In this document: in pieces, positions 23,345 to 35,800 of the stretch | Layout of the letters: each line of letters opens with the position of its first letter | How positions within the stretch are numbered: position 1 is the stretch's first letter | Assembly (NCBI GenBank): GCA_001600695.1 | Contig: BCKQ01000006.1 | Coordinates: forward strand, 198,315-262,314 | DNA: 64,000 nt | Origin: Ascoidea asiatica JCM 7603 | Lineage: Eukaryota; Fungi; Ascomycota | Reading direction: 5' to 3' | Program-made: the position numbers and the translations under genes | The notes under the pieces: generated by a model | Database searches by the model: none | The model's input: the letters and a program-made list of their open reading frames with translations, nothing else | Told to the model about the DNA's origin: nothing

Positions 23345-23902
23345 ATTCTTTTGCAACTATTCTTAAGATATATTGAAATATCTTTTTTATTTTTTGCTAA
23401 TTTTGATCAGTTTATATAATTCATATTATAATATAATAGTTTTAACCTTAATAAAACCAGTAAAACCAATAAAACCATCTTTTTTTTTACAAGGATAGTG
23501 TAATTAGAGAAGACATGGATAAATTTTCGGTTACTGTGCTTACTACAGTACACTTAACCCGGTAACCGGTGTCAACCCACAGTAACCACTTTCCAGCCAG
23601 AGTAACAACAAGCGTAACCAAAGTAGCCAAAATAACCAAAATAACTACTGTAAAGTACTTCCCGATAGCCAAAGAAATGAGTAAACTTACCCGATATCCG
23701 AAAACATAACCGACGGGTGGCAAACTGATCTCCTCACCCCCTGAGCAGCTCCAAAGAAACAAAAAACCCACGCACGAAGCACAAGAAGCAGAACCAGCAC
23801 GAGAATCATCCCTGGAAGCAAATGAAACCGAATAATTCTCCTGCTCCTTGTTCTGAGTCGCAACTCAGACCCAACTCTGGCGTAACTTTGTCGTCGCTCT
23901 GG

Positions 23903-23945
23903 CCATCTCAGACCAGCTCAGACCATCTCAGACCAGCTCAGACCC
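23903..23945. repeat. 10-bp tandem repeat (CCAKCTCAGA) x4 in a GC-rich intergenic island
   Basis: ccatctcaga ccagctcaga ccatctcaga ccagctcaga cc. Confidence 0.8.
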
Positions 23946-24644
23946 TTCGAGACCATCCGATGCCCGGTGCCACGGACAACGACACTTCCCGTGGAATTCT
24001 TGTGGAATTGCTCCAGAAATTCTTTCCAGATTCTTTTCAAATTCTTTTTCATTTTATTTTTCGGTTCACTTTTAAACTTGAGATTTGAGATTTGAGATTT
24101 TGCTCCTTTTTTCAAATACAAGACCAAACTATTTTAACGCTAACATTTCTTCATTTCAACACAACTCACATCTTAAGAGATTAATCTCAGCAATAAATAA
24201 ATAATAAGCATAAATAACAATTACTACTACTAAGTACTAGTAATAAATGACAAATAATATCTAATAACCAGTAAATAATGAAAGATAAACGTATACTTTC
24301 TTCAGAGTTTTTATATATTTGATTCTTTTCTTCTTTTCTTCTCTTATTTTCTTATTTTCTTATTTTCTTATTTTCTACTTTTTTGATCTTCTTTCTTACT
24401 TGTATTTCCATTTCCATTGATTATCAAAAGAACATTTGACAAATATCAAGCTACTTTTGAAAACAGTCTTCTTCAAATCTATTCTATTCATTATAAAGAT
24501 TAATTTCAACTTCAGCGCTTAATTTCAAATCAAATTTAATAAAATCAAAGTAAATCAAAGTAAATCAAATTAATTCTTGAAATTATCTTGTAATTATCAT
24601 TTAAATAAATATCTTTATATCTTAATATATATATTTATATAAAA

Positions 24645-25874
24645 ATGCTGAATAAAATGTCAAATAATCTAACCGCCATTAGTAATAATAACAATAAGAA
24701 TAATAATAATAGTTTATCAAATTCTTCAAATTCTTCAAATTCTCCAGAATCGCCAGTTTCACCAAAATCTCCTTTAGATAATATAAATGATTTAAATAAA
24801 ATGGAAAATAACCAAATTATAAAACTGATACCCAATAATTCTCTAAAAAGATTTCATAATCAAATTGATAGTGATGGTATTGAAAATAACATATCCAATA
24901 ATAATAATAAAAATGACAATAATCACAATAATAATAATAATATAACTAAAAATCCTACATCACCAAGAAAATTACCAAAGTTAAATAATCAGATCAATAC
25001 TTTTAGATTTAGTCCTTTGAATAATATAACAAATAATAATAATCACATTAATCATCATAATAACAATAACAATAACAATAACAATAATAATCATATTAAT
25101 CATAATCTTGAAATTATTGATAATAATCAATTTTCTACATTTACACCTCCTTCTTCTTCAACTGAATTATCTCAGTTATTCAATAATTCAAATCAATCAA
25201 CTAAAAATCATCTACATATAAATATAAATAATAATAATCAAAATAATAATATAATTAATATACATAAAAAATCATTTTCCACTTCATCTTTAAATTCAAT
25301 AGTCAATAATAATAATAATATTAATAATAATAATATTAATACCATTAACAATAATAGTAATTCTAATAATTCATTTTCTTTATATGATAAATTAGAAACA
25401 AATCCAGATTATATAACTTTATGTTCAACTTTAAATTTATTAATAAAAAAAAAATTAAATTATGAATATCAAATTAATAAATTATTAAAAATTAAATCAA
25501 AAAATTATAAAAATTTAAATTTTTTAATAAATGATATTAAAAAAATTAATTCTTTCAATAATAATAATAATATAACTAATAATAATATAACTAATAATAA
25601 TGATTTTAGTTTCAATTTTATTAGTAATTCAAGAATTTTAAAAGCTCCAATTATAAATTGGAATAAATATAATTTCAAATTAATTAATAAAAATATAAAT
25701 AATTCTAGAAATAATAATATAAATAATAATATAATCATTAAAGATGACAATGATGACAAAAATAGTACTAACAGTAATAATTTTCAATCAATTGAAAAAA
25801 AATTCAATGCTTTAAATGATAAAATAACTAAAAAACCTGTTTTTAATAAAGTTATACTTTTCGAAAAACCATAA
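24645..25874 (+). CDS. Asn-rich protein with C-terminal Ahc2/ZZZ3-like helical segment
   Basis: Low-complexity N-rich body; LETNPDYITLCSTLNLL ... PIINWNKY resembles the NxDYxxL ... PxIxWxxY segment of Ahc2/ZZZ3 (ADA/ATAC), recognised by eye. Confidence 0.55.
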   Translation: MLNKMSNNLTAISNNNNKNNNNSLSNSSNSSNSPESPVSPKSPLDNINDLNKMENNQIIKLIPNNSLKRFHNQIDSDGIENNISNNNNKNDNNHNNNNNITKNPTSPRKLPKLNNQINTFRFSPLNNITNNNNHINHHNNNNNNNNNNNHINHNLEIIDNNQFSTFTPPSSSTELSQLFNNSNQSTKNHLHININNNNQNNNIINIHKKSFSTSSLNSIVNNNNNINNNNINTINNNSNSNNSFSLYDKLETNPDYITLCSTLNLLIKKKLNYEYQINKLLKIKSKNYKNLNFLINDIKKINSFNNNNNITNNNITNNNDFSFNFISNSRILKAPIINWNKYNFKLINKNINNSRNNNINNNIIIKDDNDDKNSTNSNNFQSIEKKFNALNDKITKKPVFNKVILFEKP

Positions 25875-26333
25875 CTTAAATAACTTTTCAAATTTCATTT
25901 ATATTTTCCAATCTTATCTTATCTTATCTTATCTTAATATGTTTCAGTTCTAAAAAAAAAAGTTTTCAAAAGATTAAATTTTCTTTGGGTGGGGTTTTAT
26001 TCATTATTTTTTTGCTACTTTTATTCCTTTTTCAAATTTTTTACAAGAAATTTTTTTTTTTAACTTTCAATTCTTATAACTATTTAAATCAATTTAATTC
26101 AATTTATTGTACGTGTGTGTGTCTGTGAGTATTTTCTTCTATTATTATTCTTTTTTATTTTTTTTTATTTTCCATTAATTGCTTAAAATAATTTTCAATC
26201 TTCATTAAAGATCTCATGTCCTATAATCTAGAGTATATAGTATATAGCATATATAGCGATATCCTTTTATTTCTTAATTTTATAGTATATTTATCTTTTA
26301 ATATTATATATGATTTCTTCATTTTTTTTTTTT

Positions 26334-27169
26334 TCAATTTTCAAATTTCCAATCTTCAGTTTCAAAATTTGAATAACATCTAAATTCATTACTTAAACCA
26401 TTTTTATGTTCTGGATAAAAATCAGTTACTTTACAATTTGGATAAATTTTTAAAATTAATTCTTTCATTCTTTCTCCAGTACAAACTATAGTTTTACTTA
26501 AATTATTTTTTTTCATTAATAATCTTGCAGTAATTGCAGCTTTTGTTTGACATTCATTTGATAAAAATGGTGGATCAATTAATAAAATTTCAACATTATT
26601 TTTTAATTTATTTAAATTATTAAATTTCATTGGATTTTTAAAATCATAAAATATAAAATTTTCTTTACCTGATAAAATTTCAAACCTTTTATCAAATTCA
26701 AATAAATAAATTCTTTTAATAATTTTTGAAAAATTTAAAATATTTTTAAATTTTAAAATTGATGAATAAACTGAAGGCGCACTTATTATACATGCAATAG
26801 ATTCATTATTTTTATCTTTTTTTAATTCATTAATTATATTTTTTGCTAATAATTCTGAAGTTTTTTCAGTATACCAAAATTGAGATAAATTCCAATCTTC
26901 TTGAAATAAATCCATTGATAAATTTTTTTGATTTAAGTCATATTTTTCTTCTGATTGATTATATAAATTATTAAATACTTCTTTTCTCTGTTGTTCTTCA
27001 TCTTGAAATTCTTGTAATGCTTTCAATGTATCTGCTGATAATACACTTTTTATTTGATTTCAAATAGTTAGTTATCAATTTATTTTAAAAAAGAAATGAA
27101 TTAAGAACATCGAAAGAAAATGTCAACTTACGGCATATCATCATCTGAATCAGATTCTACTCCACTCAT
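26334..27169 (-). CDS. EFM5: eEF1A lysine methyltransferase Efm5/Aml1; exons 27169-27132 and 27045-26334 (86-nt intron)
   Basis: EDWNLSQFWY, SAPSVY, DPPFL, LSNEFRCYSNFE; GTAAGT donor at 27131, TAACTAAC at 27074-27067, AAG acceptor at 27046; splicing gives MSGVESDSDDDMPVLSADTLKALQEF, 249 aa. Confidence 0.92.
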
Positions 27170-27762
27170 TTTTTTTCTTTTAAACTCTTGTATCTATTTG
27201 TATTTTAAGTTAAAGCTATATGTCTTTATTGAAACTTATTATTATTTTCTTCATTATTTTCATATTCAAAATTTAAACCTTCTTTTTTTTTGAATTCTTG
27301 AAAAGTGAATTTTTATTTTTTTTGGCATTTCAAATCCAGATTTGTGGGTCTCAAGCAATTCTTTGCTACTTGCTTACGATCAAATTTTGTTTTTACTATG
27401 ACATAATTAAAAATACAATTTATTAACTTCTTTCATAAGAACTGATTGAATAATTATATAATTACATAAATTTATATAAATTTATATAGATATAGATAGA
27501 TAAGAATATGAATATAATCATAGATATCTGATGGAGTCTTTAGGGAACAGATTATGTGCTTGATCTATAGAATGTTGAACATTTTCCAAAAAGGTATTTG
27601 AATAGACTCAGTTTACAAACTATTATTCAATCTGAAAAACCATCTTCTTAGTTAATGAATGTAAATAACTGAAGTGACTTATTTCTTGGATTTTATATGA
27701 AAAAAAAAAGAGGAAAGAAAAGTAAAGAGAAGAGAAGAGAAGAGAAGAAAAGGATTATTATT

Positions 27763-28443
27763 TTATATTAAAGATTTATTCATTTCATTTACAAAATGTT
27801 TTGTAGTTATATTTTTATAAATAATTTTACTATTTTGATGAATTTTATTATCTAATTTTTCACTAAAATTTATAATAATCTTTAATAAATCCATTAATTT
27901 ATTTCTTTTAATAATTAAAGAATTATATAAATTAAATTCTAAATCATTTAATTCCATTAATTTTAAATAATTTGATTTATTTTCTTTAATTAAATTAATA
28001 TTATGATTTATAACATTTGATCTAAAATTAAAAAGTATTGAATTTATTGAAATTTCAAAATTATTAATTAATTTTATAATTAATTTATTATAATAAATTT
28101 TTGATGTTAAAATTTTTTTAAATTTTAAATTTTCAAAATTTAATTTATTTAATTTATTTGATAAATTTATTTTATTCATTTCATTATTTTTATTAATTAA
28201 ATTTTGATATTTTTGTGGATTATTTACAGATACATTTTTTTGTAAAGTATTTAAATTATTTAAATAAGATTCATATAACTTAGCATTTGTCTTTAATTGT
28301 AATGATAATGTATCAATTTCATCAGTTATTGAATCTTTAGTTTTTCTATTTTCTACTAATAATTTTTCTAAATCTGATATTAAATCATATAAAGGTGTTA
28401 GATTCTCAGTTTGAGGTAAATTTGGTTGTTGCATTCCAGACAT
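27763..28443 (-). CDS. Coiled-coil protein, possibly Far3/SIKE-like STRIPAK subunit
   Basis: ATG at 28443; LYDLISDLEKLLVENRKTKDSI heptad N-terminus reminiscent of Far3/SIKE-like proteins; the gene is likely but the identity is tentative. Confidence 0.5.
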   Translation of the reverse strand: MSGMQQPNLPQTENLTPLYDLISDLEKLLVENRKTKDSITDEIDTLSLQLKTNAKLYESYLNNLNTLQKNVSVNNPQKYQNLINKNNEMNKINLSNKLNKLNFENLKFKKILTSKIYYNKLIIKLINNFEISINSILFNFRSNVINHNINLIKENKSNYLKLMELNDLEFNLYNSLIIKRNKLMDLLKIIINFSEKLDNKIHQNSKIIYKNITTKHFVNEMNKSLI

Positions 28444-28996
28444 TTTGAAAAAGAGATTGTGTATATTGTATCTATTGTATCTATTATTCTTTATCAATTG
28501 AAGTTATCCTCTCTGTACTCTCTATTATAATCTTTGTTTCTATTCTCTATTTTCTATTCTCCATTCTCTTCATGTTTATTCGTGTTTATTCCTCTTTCTT
28601 TCTTTCTTTCTTTCTTTCTTCTTGTCTTGTTTCAATTGTTTCAAACTCCTGTTTTTTTAATTCATGTCCTTTTTATCAGGTCCCAAAGAAAACATCCACA
28701 AATCTGGTCTCATTTTGAGACTTTTTTTAAAATTTATCCAGGTCACGTGAAATAAACATTTCCGGCCAATTTTGAATTTTAAATTACCCAAAACGGTAGT
28801 TTAAGACCGGTTTAATTTTAGAAATCACTCATGGCTAACATAGAACAGTCCACATTTACGCACTTCAAAAACACTTTAAAATAACCACAAAGATGTTAGC
28901 ATTTCAGTGAAGTTTTTATCTGATTACAAACAGGGTAAATATGTATTTTATGTATGGGTCGTGGATACGAGAAAAAGCTAAATAATATTCCCTGAG

Positions 28997-29002
28997 GAGT
29001 CA
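28997..29002. promoter_or_regulatory. TGACTC (Bas1/Gcn4-type) site upstream of ADE1
   Basis: GAGTCA about 215 bp upstream of the ADE1 ATG; TCACGTGA also at 28743. Confidence 0.45.
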
Positions 29003-29213
29003 TCTCGACTCGAAATTTGGAGGAAATAGTCAATAAAGCACTTAAACAATAAAGAAAAGAATTACTTTATTTCACAACTAATCTTTCTTTTTTCATTTTA
29101 TATGAATAGATTTTTTTTCATTATTCATTATTCATCATTCGCTACTCAATATTCAATATTTAACATTTCAATATTCCAAGATTAGCAATCAAGTTATATA
29201 ATATCTTTTCAAA

Positions 29214-30164
29214 ATGTCTGCTATCACTAAAACTGATTTAAGTTCAGAATTTGAATTAATTAATAGAGGTAAAGTTAGAGATATTTATAAAATTAATGAA
29301 AATCAATTATTATTTATTGCAACTGATAGAATTTCTGCTTATGATGTTATAATGAATAATGGTATACCTGAAAAAGGTATTATTTTAACAAAATTATCAA
29401 AATTTTGGTTTAATTTTTTTAAAAATGATATTTTAAATCATTTATCAATTAATAATGATGAACAATTAAATAATATTTTCAATAATAACAAAAATAATAA
29501 TGAAAATAATTTAAAAGATAGAAGTTTAATTGTTAATAAATTTAAATTAATTCCATTAGAAGTTATTGTTAGAGGTTATTTAACAGGTTCTGCATGGAAT
29601 GAATATTCAAAAAAAGGTACAATTCATGGTATGAATTTTAATAATCTTAAAAATTTTAAAAATTTAAAATTATCTGAAGAGTTTCCTGAACCAATTTTTA
29701 CACCTTCAACAAAAGCAGAATTTGGTAAACATGATGAAAATATTTCAATTAATCAAGCTTTTGAAATTTTAAAAGAATTAAATTTTAAAAATCCAGAAAA
29801 ATTAATTTTAGATATTGAAAAAATTTCAATTAATTTATATAAAAAAGCAAAAAAATATGCTTTTGAAAAAGGTATAATTATTGCTGATACAAAATTTGAA
29901 TTTGGTATAATTGAAAAAGAAAATGATTATGAAATTGTTTTAGTTGATGAAGTTTTAACTCCAGATAGTTCAAGATTTTGGAATTTAAAAAATTATCAAA
30001 TTAATAAAGATCAAGATAGTTATGATAAACAATTTTTAAGAAATTGGTTAACTGAAAATAATTTAAAATATAAAGAAAATGTTACAATGCCAGAAAATAT
30101 TGTAAAAATGACAAAATTTAAATATATTGAAGCTTATGAAGCTTTAACTGGAGAAAATTTTTAA
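29214..30164 (+). CDS. ADE1: SAICAR synthetase
   Basis: RGKVRDIY, ATDRISAYD, FTPSTKAE, IADTKFEFG, DEVLTPDSSRFW. Confidence 0.98.
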   Translation: MSAITKTDLSSEFELINRGKVRDIYKINENQLLFIATDRISAYDVIMNNGIPEKGIILTKLSKFWFNFFKNDILNHLSINNDEQLNNIFNNNKNNNENNLKDRSLIVNKFKLIPLEVIVRGYLTGSAWNEYSKKGTIHGMNFNNLKNFKNLKLSEEFPEPIFTPSTKAEFGKHDENISINQAFEILKELNFKNPEKLILDIEKISINLYKKAKKYAFEKGIIIADTKFEFGIIEKENDYEIVLVDEVLTPDSSRFWNLKNYQINKDQDSYDKQFLRNWLTENNLKYKENVTMPENIVKMTKFKYIEAYEALTGENF

Positions 30165-30281
30165 TATTATTAATCCTAATATTATTATTCTTTCAAATCT
30201 ATATAACTACCTAAAAATATATAAGTATATAAATATAAAAATTTATATAAGCAAATAAGTAAATAATAAGATATTTTTTAA

Positions 30282-31292
30282 TTAGGAAAATTTCCATCTA
30301 TTATTACAATTTTCACAAGTACAAAAAGTAGTTAAAGGTTCATCAGCAGATCTTGTTTGCATTTGATAATAACTTACTCTTTTTTGTTTACATTTACCAC
30401 AAGTAAATCTATCAGTAATTGCTCTTTTTTCTTGAGCACTTTCTGCATTAAATAAATTTTCTTTTTTAAATTGATTAATTTTTTTTGTTAAAGATTCATT
30501 TGTAATCATATCTTCTGGTTTCATTTTAATTAAAATTTCTGGAGTAATTAAATTATTTAAAATATTAAATCTTAATTTTGGATTATTTTTACTTCTTAAA
30601 TTCATTACAAAAATTCTTAATTTATTTCTATAATTTTCATTAATTTCATAATTATTTAATTTAAATGTAAGTAATTCAATTTTTTTAACAATTGAAAAAA
30701 CTTGATTTGGTGGTACTTTTGAAATTGGATTTGTATCAATTACTAAAGCATCATATAAAGCTCTTAAACTACCAACTCTTGTTTTATCATCATAAATATT
30801 TATACTAATATTATCTAATCTTGAATTTCTTTTACCTGTTGTACTTATATGACTAAGTGAACTTGAATTTGATTCCAGTTTTGAAGATAGTGAACTTGGT
30901 AATATATTCTTATTCTCATTATTAATATTATTTATTTTCTGTATATTACTATTTTTATCATTATTATTATTATTATTTGTTATATTTGAATTTGTATTAT
31001 TAGTTGAATGATGATTATGATTATGATGATGATCAGATTTTAATTTAGATTTATTCCTTTCTTTAGATACAGTTTCTTTCCAAGTTTTAATAATTGATTT
31101 AACTAAAGTTGAAATTTTTATATTTTTTGAAGATTTAAATTTATTTACAACCATTCCAATTTTTGTTTCTCTTAATAAAATCTCAGTTGGTTTTACATTT
31201 TCTTTTAAATTATTTAAAATATCTAAAATTTGTTCATCTGTTGAAGATTTTTCAAGATTTGTTATTGCAACTTTAATTTCTCTTGCATTCAT
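30282..31292 (-). CDS. DST1: Transcription elongation factor TFIIS
   Basis: LLRETKIG N-domain; C-terminal Zn ribbon CGKC...QTRSADEPLTTFCTCENCNNRWKFS. Confidence 0.97.
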   Translation of the reverse strand: MNAREIKVAITNLEKSSTDEQILDILNNLKENVKPTEILLRETKIGMVVNKFKSSKNIKISTLVKSIIKTWKETVSKERNKSKLKSDHHHNHNHHSTNNTNSNITNNNNNNDKNSNIQKINNINNENKNILPSSLSSKLESNSSSLSHISTTGKRNSRLDNISINIYDDKTRVGSLRALYDALVIDTNPISKVPPNQVFSIVKKIELLTFKLNNYEINENYRNKLRIFVMNLRSKNNPKLRFNILNNLITPEILIKMKPEDMITNESLTKKINQFKKENLFNAESAQEKRAITDRFTCGKCKQKRVSYYQMQTRSADEPLTTFCTCENCNNRWKFS

Positions 31293-32512
31293 AATTACAG
31301 TTGTTAATAATTATTATGTATGATTAAATGTTATATATATTATACTATTTATATAAATGTATTGATTACAATTATTGAAGTCTATTATAAATTGATAGAT
31401 TGATAGATTGATTTTATATAAAAATATACTTTTAATTGATTAATATTGAATGATTCAAATAATACGGATTTTAATACACGAAATTTAGTTGATTACACCT
31501 TAATTAATTAAATAATTAATAATAACAAACAAACAATGAAAAAAATGTAGACCCAGAAAATTTCTAACGTTACTGGAATAATTTATAAACATTAAATAAC
31601 AAAATCAATGAAAAGATCAAAAAAAAACACACGTCACGTGGAGGAGGTCTGGGAAATAAAAAAAACCAGAAAAGTGGGGCTAATGCAGGTAAAAGTAATA
31701 ATGCATGAGACCAAAAACATGGATGCTTTGTTGGTTCCATTTATTTGGTAGTACCAATGAAAGGGATCTACCAATTGTGTGGATACAATTTTTTCGTCGC
31801 CTTATTTGTGGTACTTGCAATAATGCGTGTAATTTTGCGTCGGAGTAAACTTCGGAAGAGCCCAACAGGCGGTTGGGACAATTAACACTGGAATTAGCAC
31901 TGCATTTAATACGAGCAGCAATTGAATGGTAAGAAATTGAATGGTAAGCAATTGATACCAAGCAACGGCAATTTGTCTACGTTCTGCTTACCGCTCTCTT
32001 TTCTCTGATTTGTACCGAGTGTCACACGTTAACTGATCAGTTACTGTACTGAGTGTACTGACTGTGCTGCACTAAAAGCAGTAGCAGTACTAACAGTGGT
32101 AAGTAATCTAGAGACACTGTCTTTTTCACTTAGATCTATTTCTAGTGCAGTGGTATCGACTATCACAGAGAAAATAGAATACAATTAAATATAGATATGA
32201 ATTAGAACATAGTGATATAATATAATAATATCTAATATAATAATAGTAGTATAATATAGAATAGACTATAAAATATACAATATAATAAATGATAAATACT
32301 ATATTCTAGTTCATCAAATATAATATCAACTGCCTGATCTAAAACAATGCTAATTCATTTCTTGGTTTCTGTAACGTTATAAAACTATCTTATCTATCAA
32401 TATTTATTCACTTGTTTTAATGGAATCCCTTTAACATAAATATAAAACCTCAATTTAATTCCTAAATATTTTCAAGTCTATTTCAATTTAATTATCTTTA
32501 ACTTTTAGAATA

Positions 32513-32834
32513 ATGAATCATTCAAAAACTCCAAGAATTTCAATAAGTAGTAATAGCGACAATATAAATAATAATCAAACTACAAATAATTCAAATTCAA
32601 ATTCAAACTTAAATCCTGAAAATTTAAGCGCTACTACTACAAACAATACTACTTATAATAATCCAAATAATAATCCAAATAATGATAATTTAAATTTATC
32701 ACCATCAAAATCAAAATCCAGATTTAAATCTCAACCAAAAAGAAAATTACTGTTTCATAAATTAATTTCAAAATCTTCTTTTTCAAATCTACAAAAATCT
32801 GCTTCTTTCAATAATATATCAAGTTTATATAAGG

Positions 32835-32868
<34 letters not shown>

Positions 32869-35800
32869 TAATAATGATAATTCATTGAATAATAGTAATA
32901 ATTTACCTCCACTACCGAATTTATCAAATTATTCATTCAATAATAATAATAACTTAAATAATAGTAATAATAGTAATAATAGAATTCAATCTTTAATAAA
33001 TATTAATCCAACAATAACTAATCAATCAAATAATTCAACTTTATCATATCCTTCAAATAAATCAATATTATCAAATGATTCAAATAATTCAATTTTTTCA
33101 AATAATTCAAATAAATCAAATAATTCAAAAAATTCAAAAAATTCAAAAAATTCAAGTCCTTTATTAAAAAATAAATTAAATTCAAAAATTAAAAAAAAAT
33201 TAACTAATCCAAATATAAATAATAGTGTCAATAGTACTCCTAATTTAAGATCAAAACCTAGATCAAATTCTCAATCTCCTTCTTTACAACAATCTCAATC
33301 TTATAATCAATCAAATAATCCATCTTATAATACATCATATAATCCATCTTATAATCCATCTTATAATCCATCTTACAATCAACAAAATTTGAAATATAAA
33401 AATAAATTAAATAAATTTAAAAATAATTTATCAATTTCTTCAAATTCTTTAAATAGTTCAAATTCTTTAAAAAATTTTAATAATTCAAATTTACATCAAA
33501 GAATTAAATTATCTTCTTCAAAACTTAATTTATCAAATTATTTAAATTCTTTTTCAAATAATGATCTAAATGATGATATTAGTATCAATAATAATAATAA
33601 TAATAATATTAACAATGATAATGATTATTTAGGAAGTAGTCCTCCTTCTCCAACTTCAAATTCAAATTATTTTCCAAAATCAACTGAAATGACTCAACAA
33701 CAAAGTTTTAACTCAAATAATTCTCAATATAATAATCAATATCAATCTCAGTCTCAATTTCAAAATCCCAATAATAATAATATTCCAATCAATAATAATA
33801 ATATTCAAAGTAATAACATCTCAAAGAGAAATAATTCTTTTGATTCAAATTTTTCAAATTTAACAAATATAAGTAAATTATCAAATAATTCAATCTCAAA
33901 CTCAATTCAAAATTCTTCTCCAAATTCATTACCAAATTCTTTACAAAATTCTCAAAATAATCTTTCAATAACATTATCAAATTTATTACCAAACAAACAA
34001 AGACCTTCTTTATTTAATTTAGATACAAATATTTCTAGTCTAGATGGTATTGTAAAAGATCATTATTCAAATACATCAGATGACAAAAATATTTCTAATA
34101 GAAATAATAATGGTAATATCAATAATAATAATAACAATAATTTTAAAATTTCATCAAATAATTCAAATATAACTTTAAACAATAATTATGATGATGAAAA
34201 TAGGAAAAAACTGGATTCAGATTGGGTAGCACCAGAAAGTTGGAATATTAGAAAAAATACTAAAATTTCAAATAATAATTTAATTAAAAGTAATAGTACA
34301 AATATAAATATCTCAAATATTCTTTCAAATGATATATCAAATGATATCTCAAATGATATTCCAAATTATAATCAAAATAATATTCCAATGATCATTCCAA
34401 TTGATACTGATAGCAGTATATCAAAAAATTTATCCATTGATCTGAATAGTGATAAAATGATTTCAAGCAATAATAGAATTACAACTTCTACTTCAGCATA
34501 TGATTTAAAAAGAAAAGATTTATTTCTAAGATCAAATTCAATAACTTTATTTAATGATCCTTTTTCAAAAGTTATAAAAAAACATATTTCAAAATCAAAT
34601 TTAAAGAATAATTTAGATAATTCTGATTCAAATTCTTTACCAATTTTAAATCAAGATTTAGATCCAATTACAAATTTACCAAGTAATAAAACTAATTTAA
34701 ATAATTCAAATGATTATTTCGATTCTTTTGATATAAATGAGTTTAGTAAAATTGATGCCGGCTTAAGTTCTCCATTTTCAACAAAAGATCATTTTTTTAA
34801 AACCATTATTGCTCATGATTCCTATACTCATCATATAATTGAACCTCCTGATAATATAGACAATGTACATTATAATTTACAAAATAAAAATAATACAAAT
34901 AATCCAGAGGATTCAAATATTTCAAAAACTTCTACTGTTCAAAAGTCAAATGAAAAAATAATGGATAAAATTACTGAAAATACTTCATTTATGAATAATT
35001 ATTCATTTACAAGAAAAGGACTCAGTCAAAATCATGTATTAAGAATTTTCAAAGAAGATAATACTTTTTTCTCAATATCTTGTAAAATGAATTCAACTGT
35101 TAGAGAAGTTTTAACATTAATTGCAAATAAAAAATCTTTTTTATTATCAATTGATGATTATCATATTGAGCTTAGAGCGGGTATTAATTCAAAAATTTTA
35201 AACAATGAGGATAAACCTATTGAAATTCAATTATCTCTTTTAATTTTAGCAGGTTATAATACTCAAAGAGATCAATTAAAAATTGCAGGCCAGGAAGATA
35301 CATATCTTGTCAAATTCACTCTAAAAAAAGATGATCAAGTAAGTTATTTAACTTGGCAAGAAGAAAAAAAATTACAAGATTCAAATTATAAAATAATTGA
35401 TTTAGAAAATATGAATTTGAATATTGTTCCAATTTCAATTTATAAATATTATTCAAATATTATAGAATTGAATTTTTCTAATAACCCCTCAATTTTCATA
35501 CCTTCTGATTTTTTAAATGATTGTCGAGACTTGAAAGTTTTGAAATATGAAAAAAATTTTGACTGCCAATTTCCTAAAAATTTGCTTGCAATTAGATCAA
35601 GATTGGAAGAATTATATTTATCTCAAAATGGTATAATTCATTTACCCAAAAATTTTGGTTATGCAAATATAGGAAATCATTTAGTTAATCTTTTTTTGGG
35701 TACTAATAAGCTTGAATATTTACCTAAATCTTTTAGTAATTTACAGTATCTCAAAACTTTAGATTTGTCAACAAATAATTTCAGAACTATCCCAGAAGCT

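Noticed and set aside
28742-28770. RTCACGTG sites as point-centromere CDEI (also 47635)
   Set aside because: No CDEII-CDEIII arrangement follows; better read as Cbf1-type promoter sites
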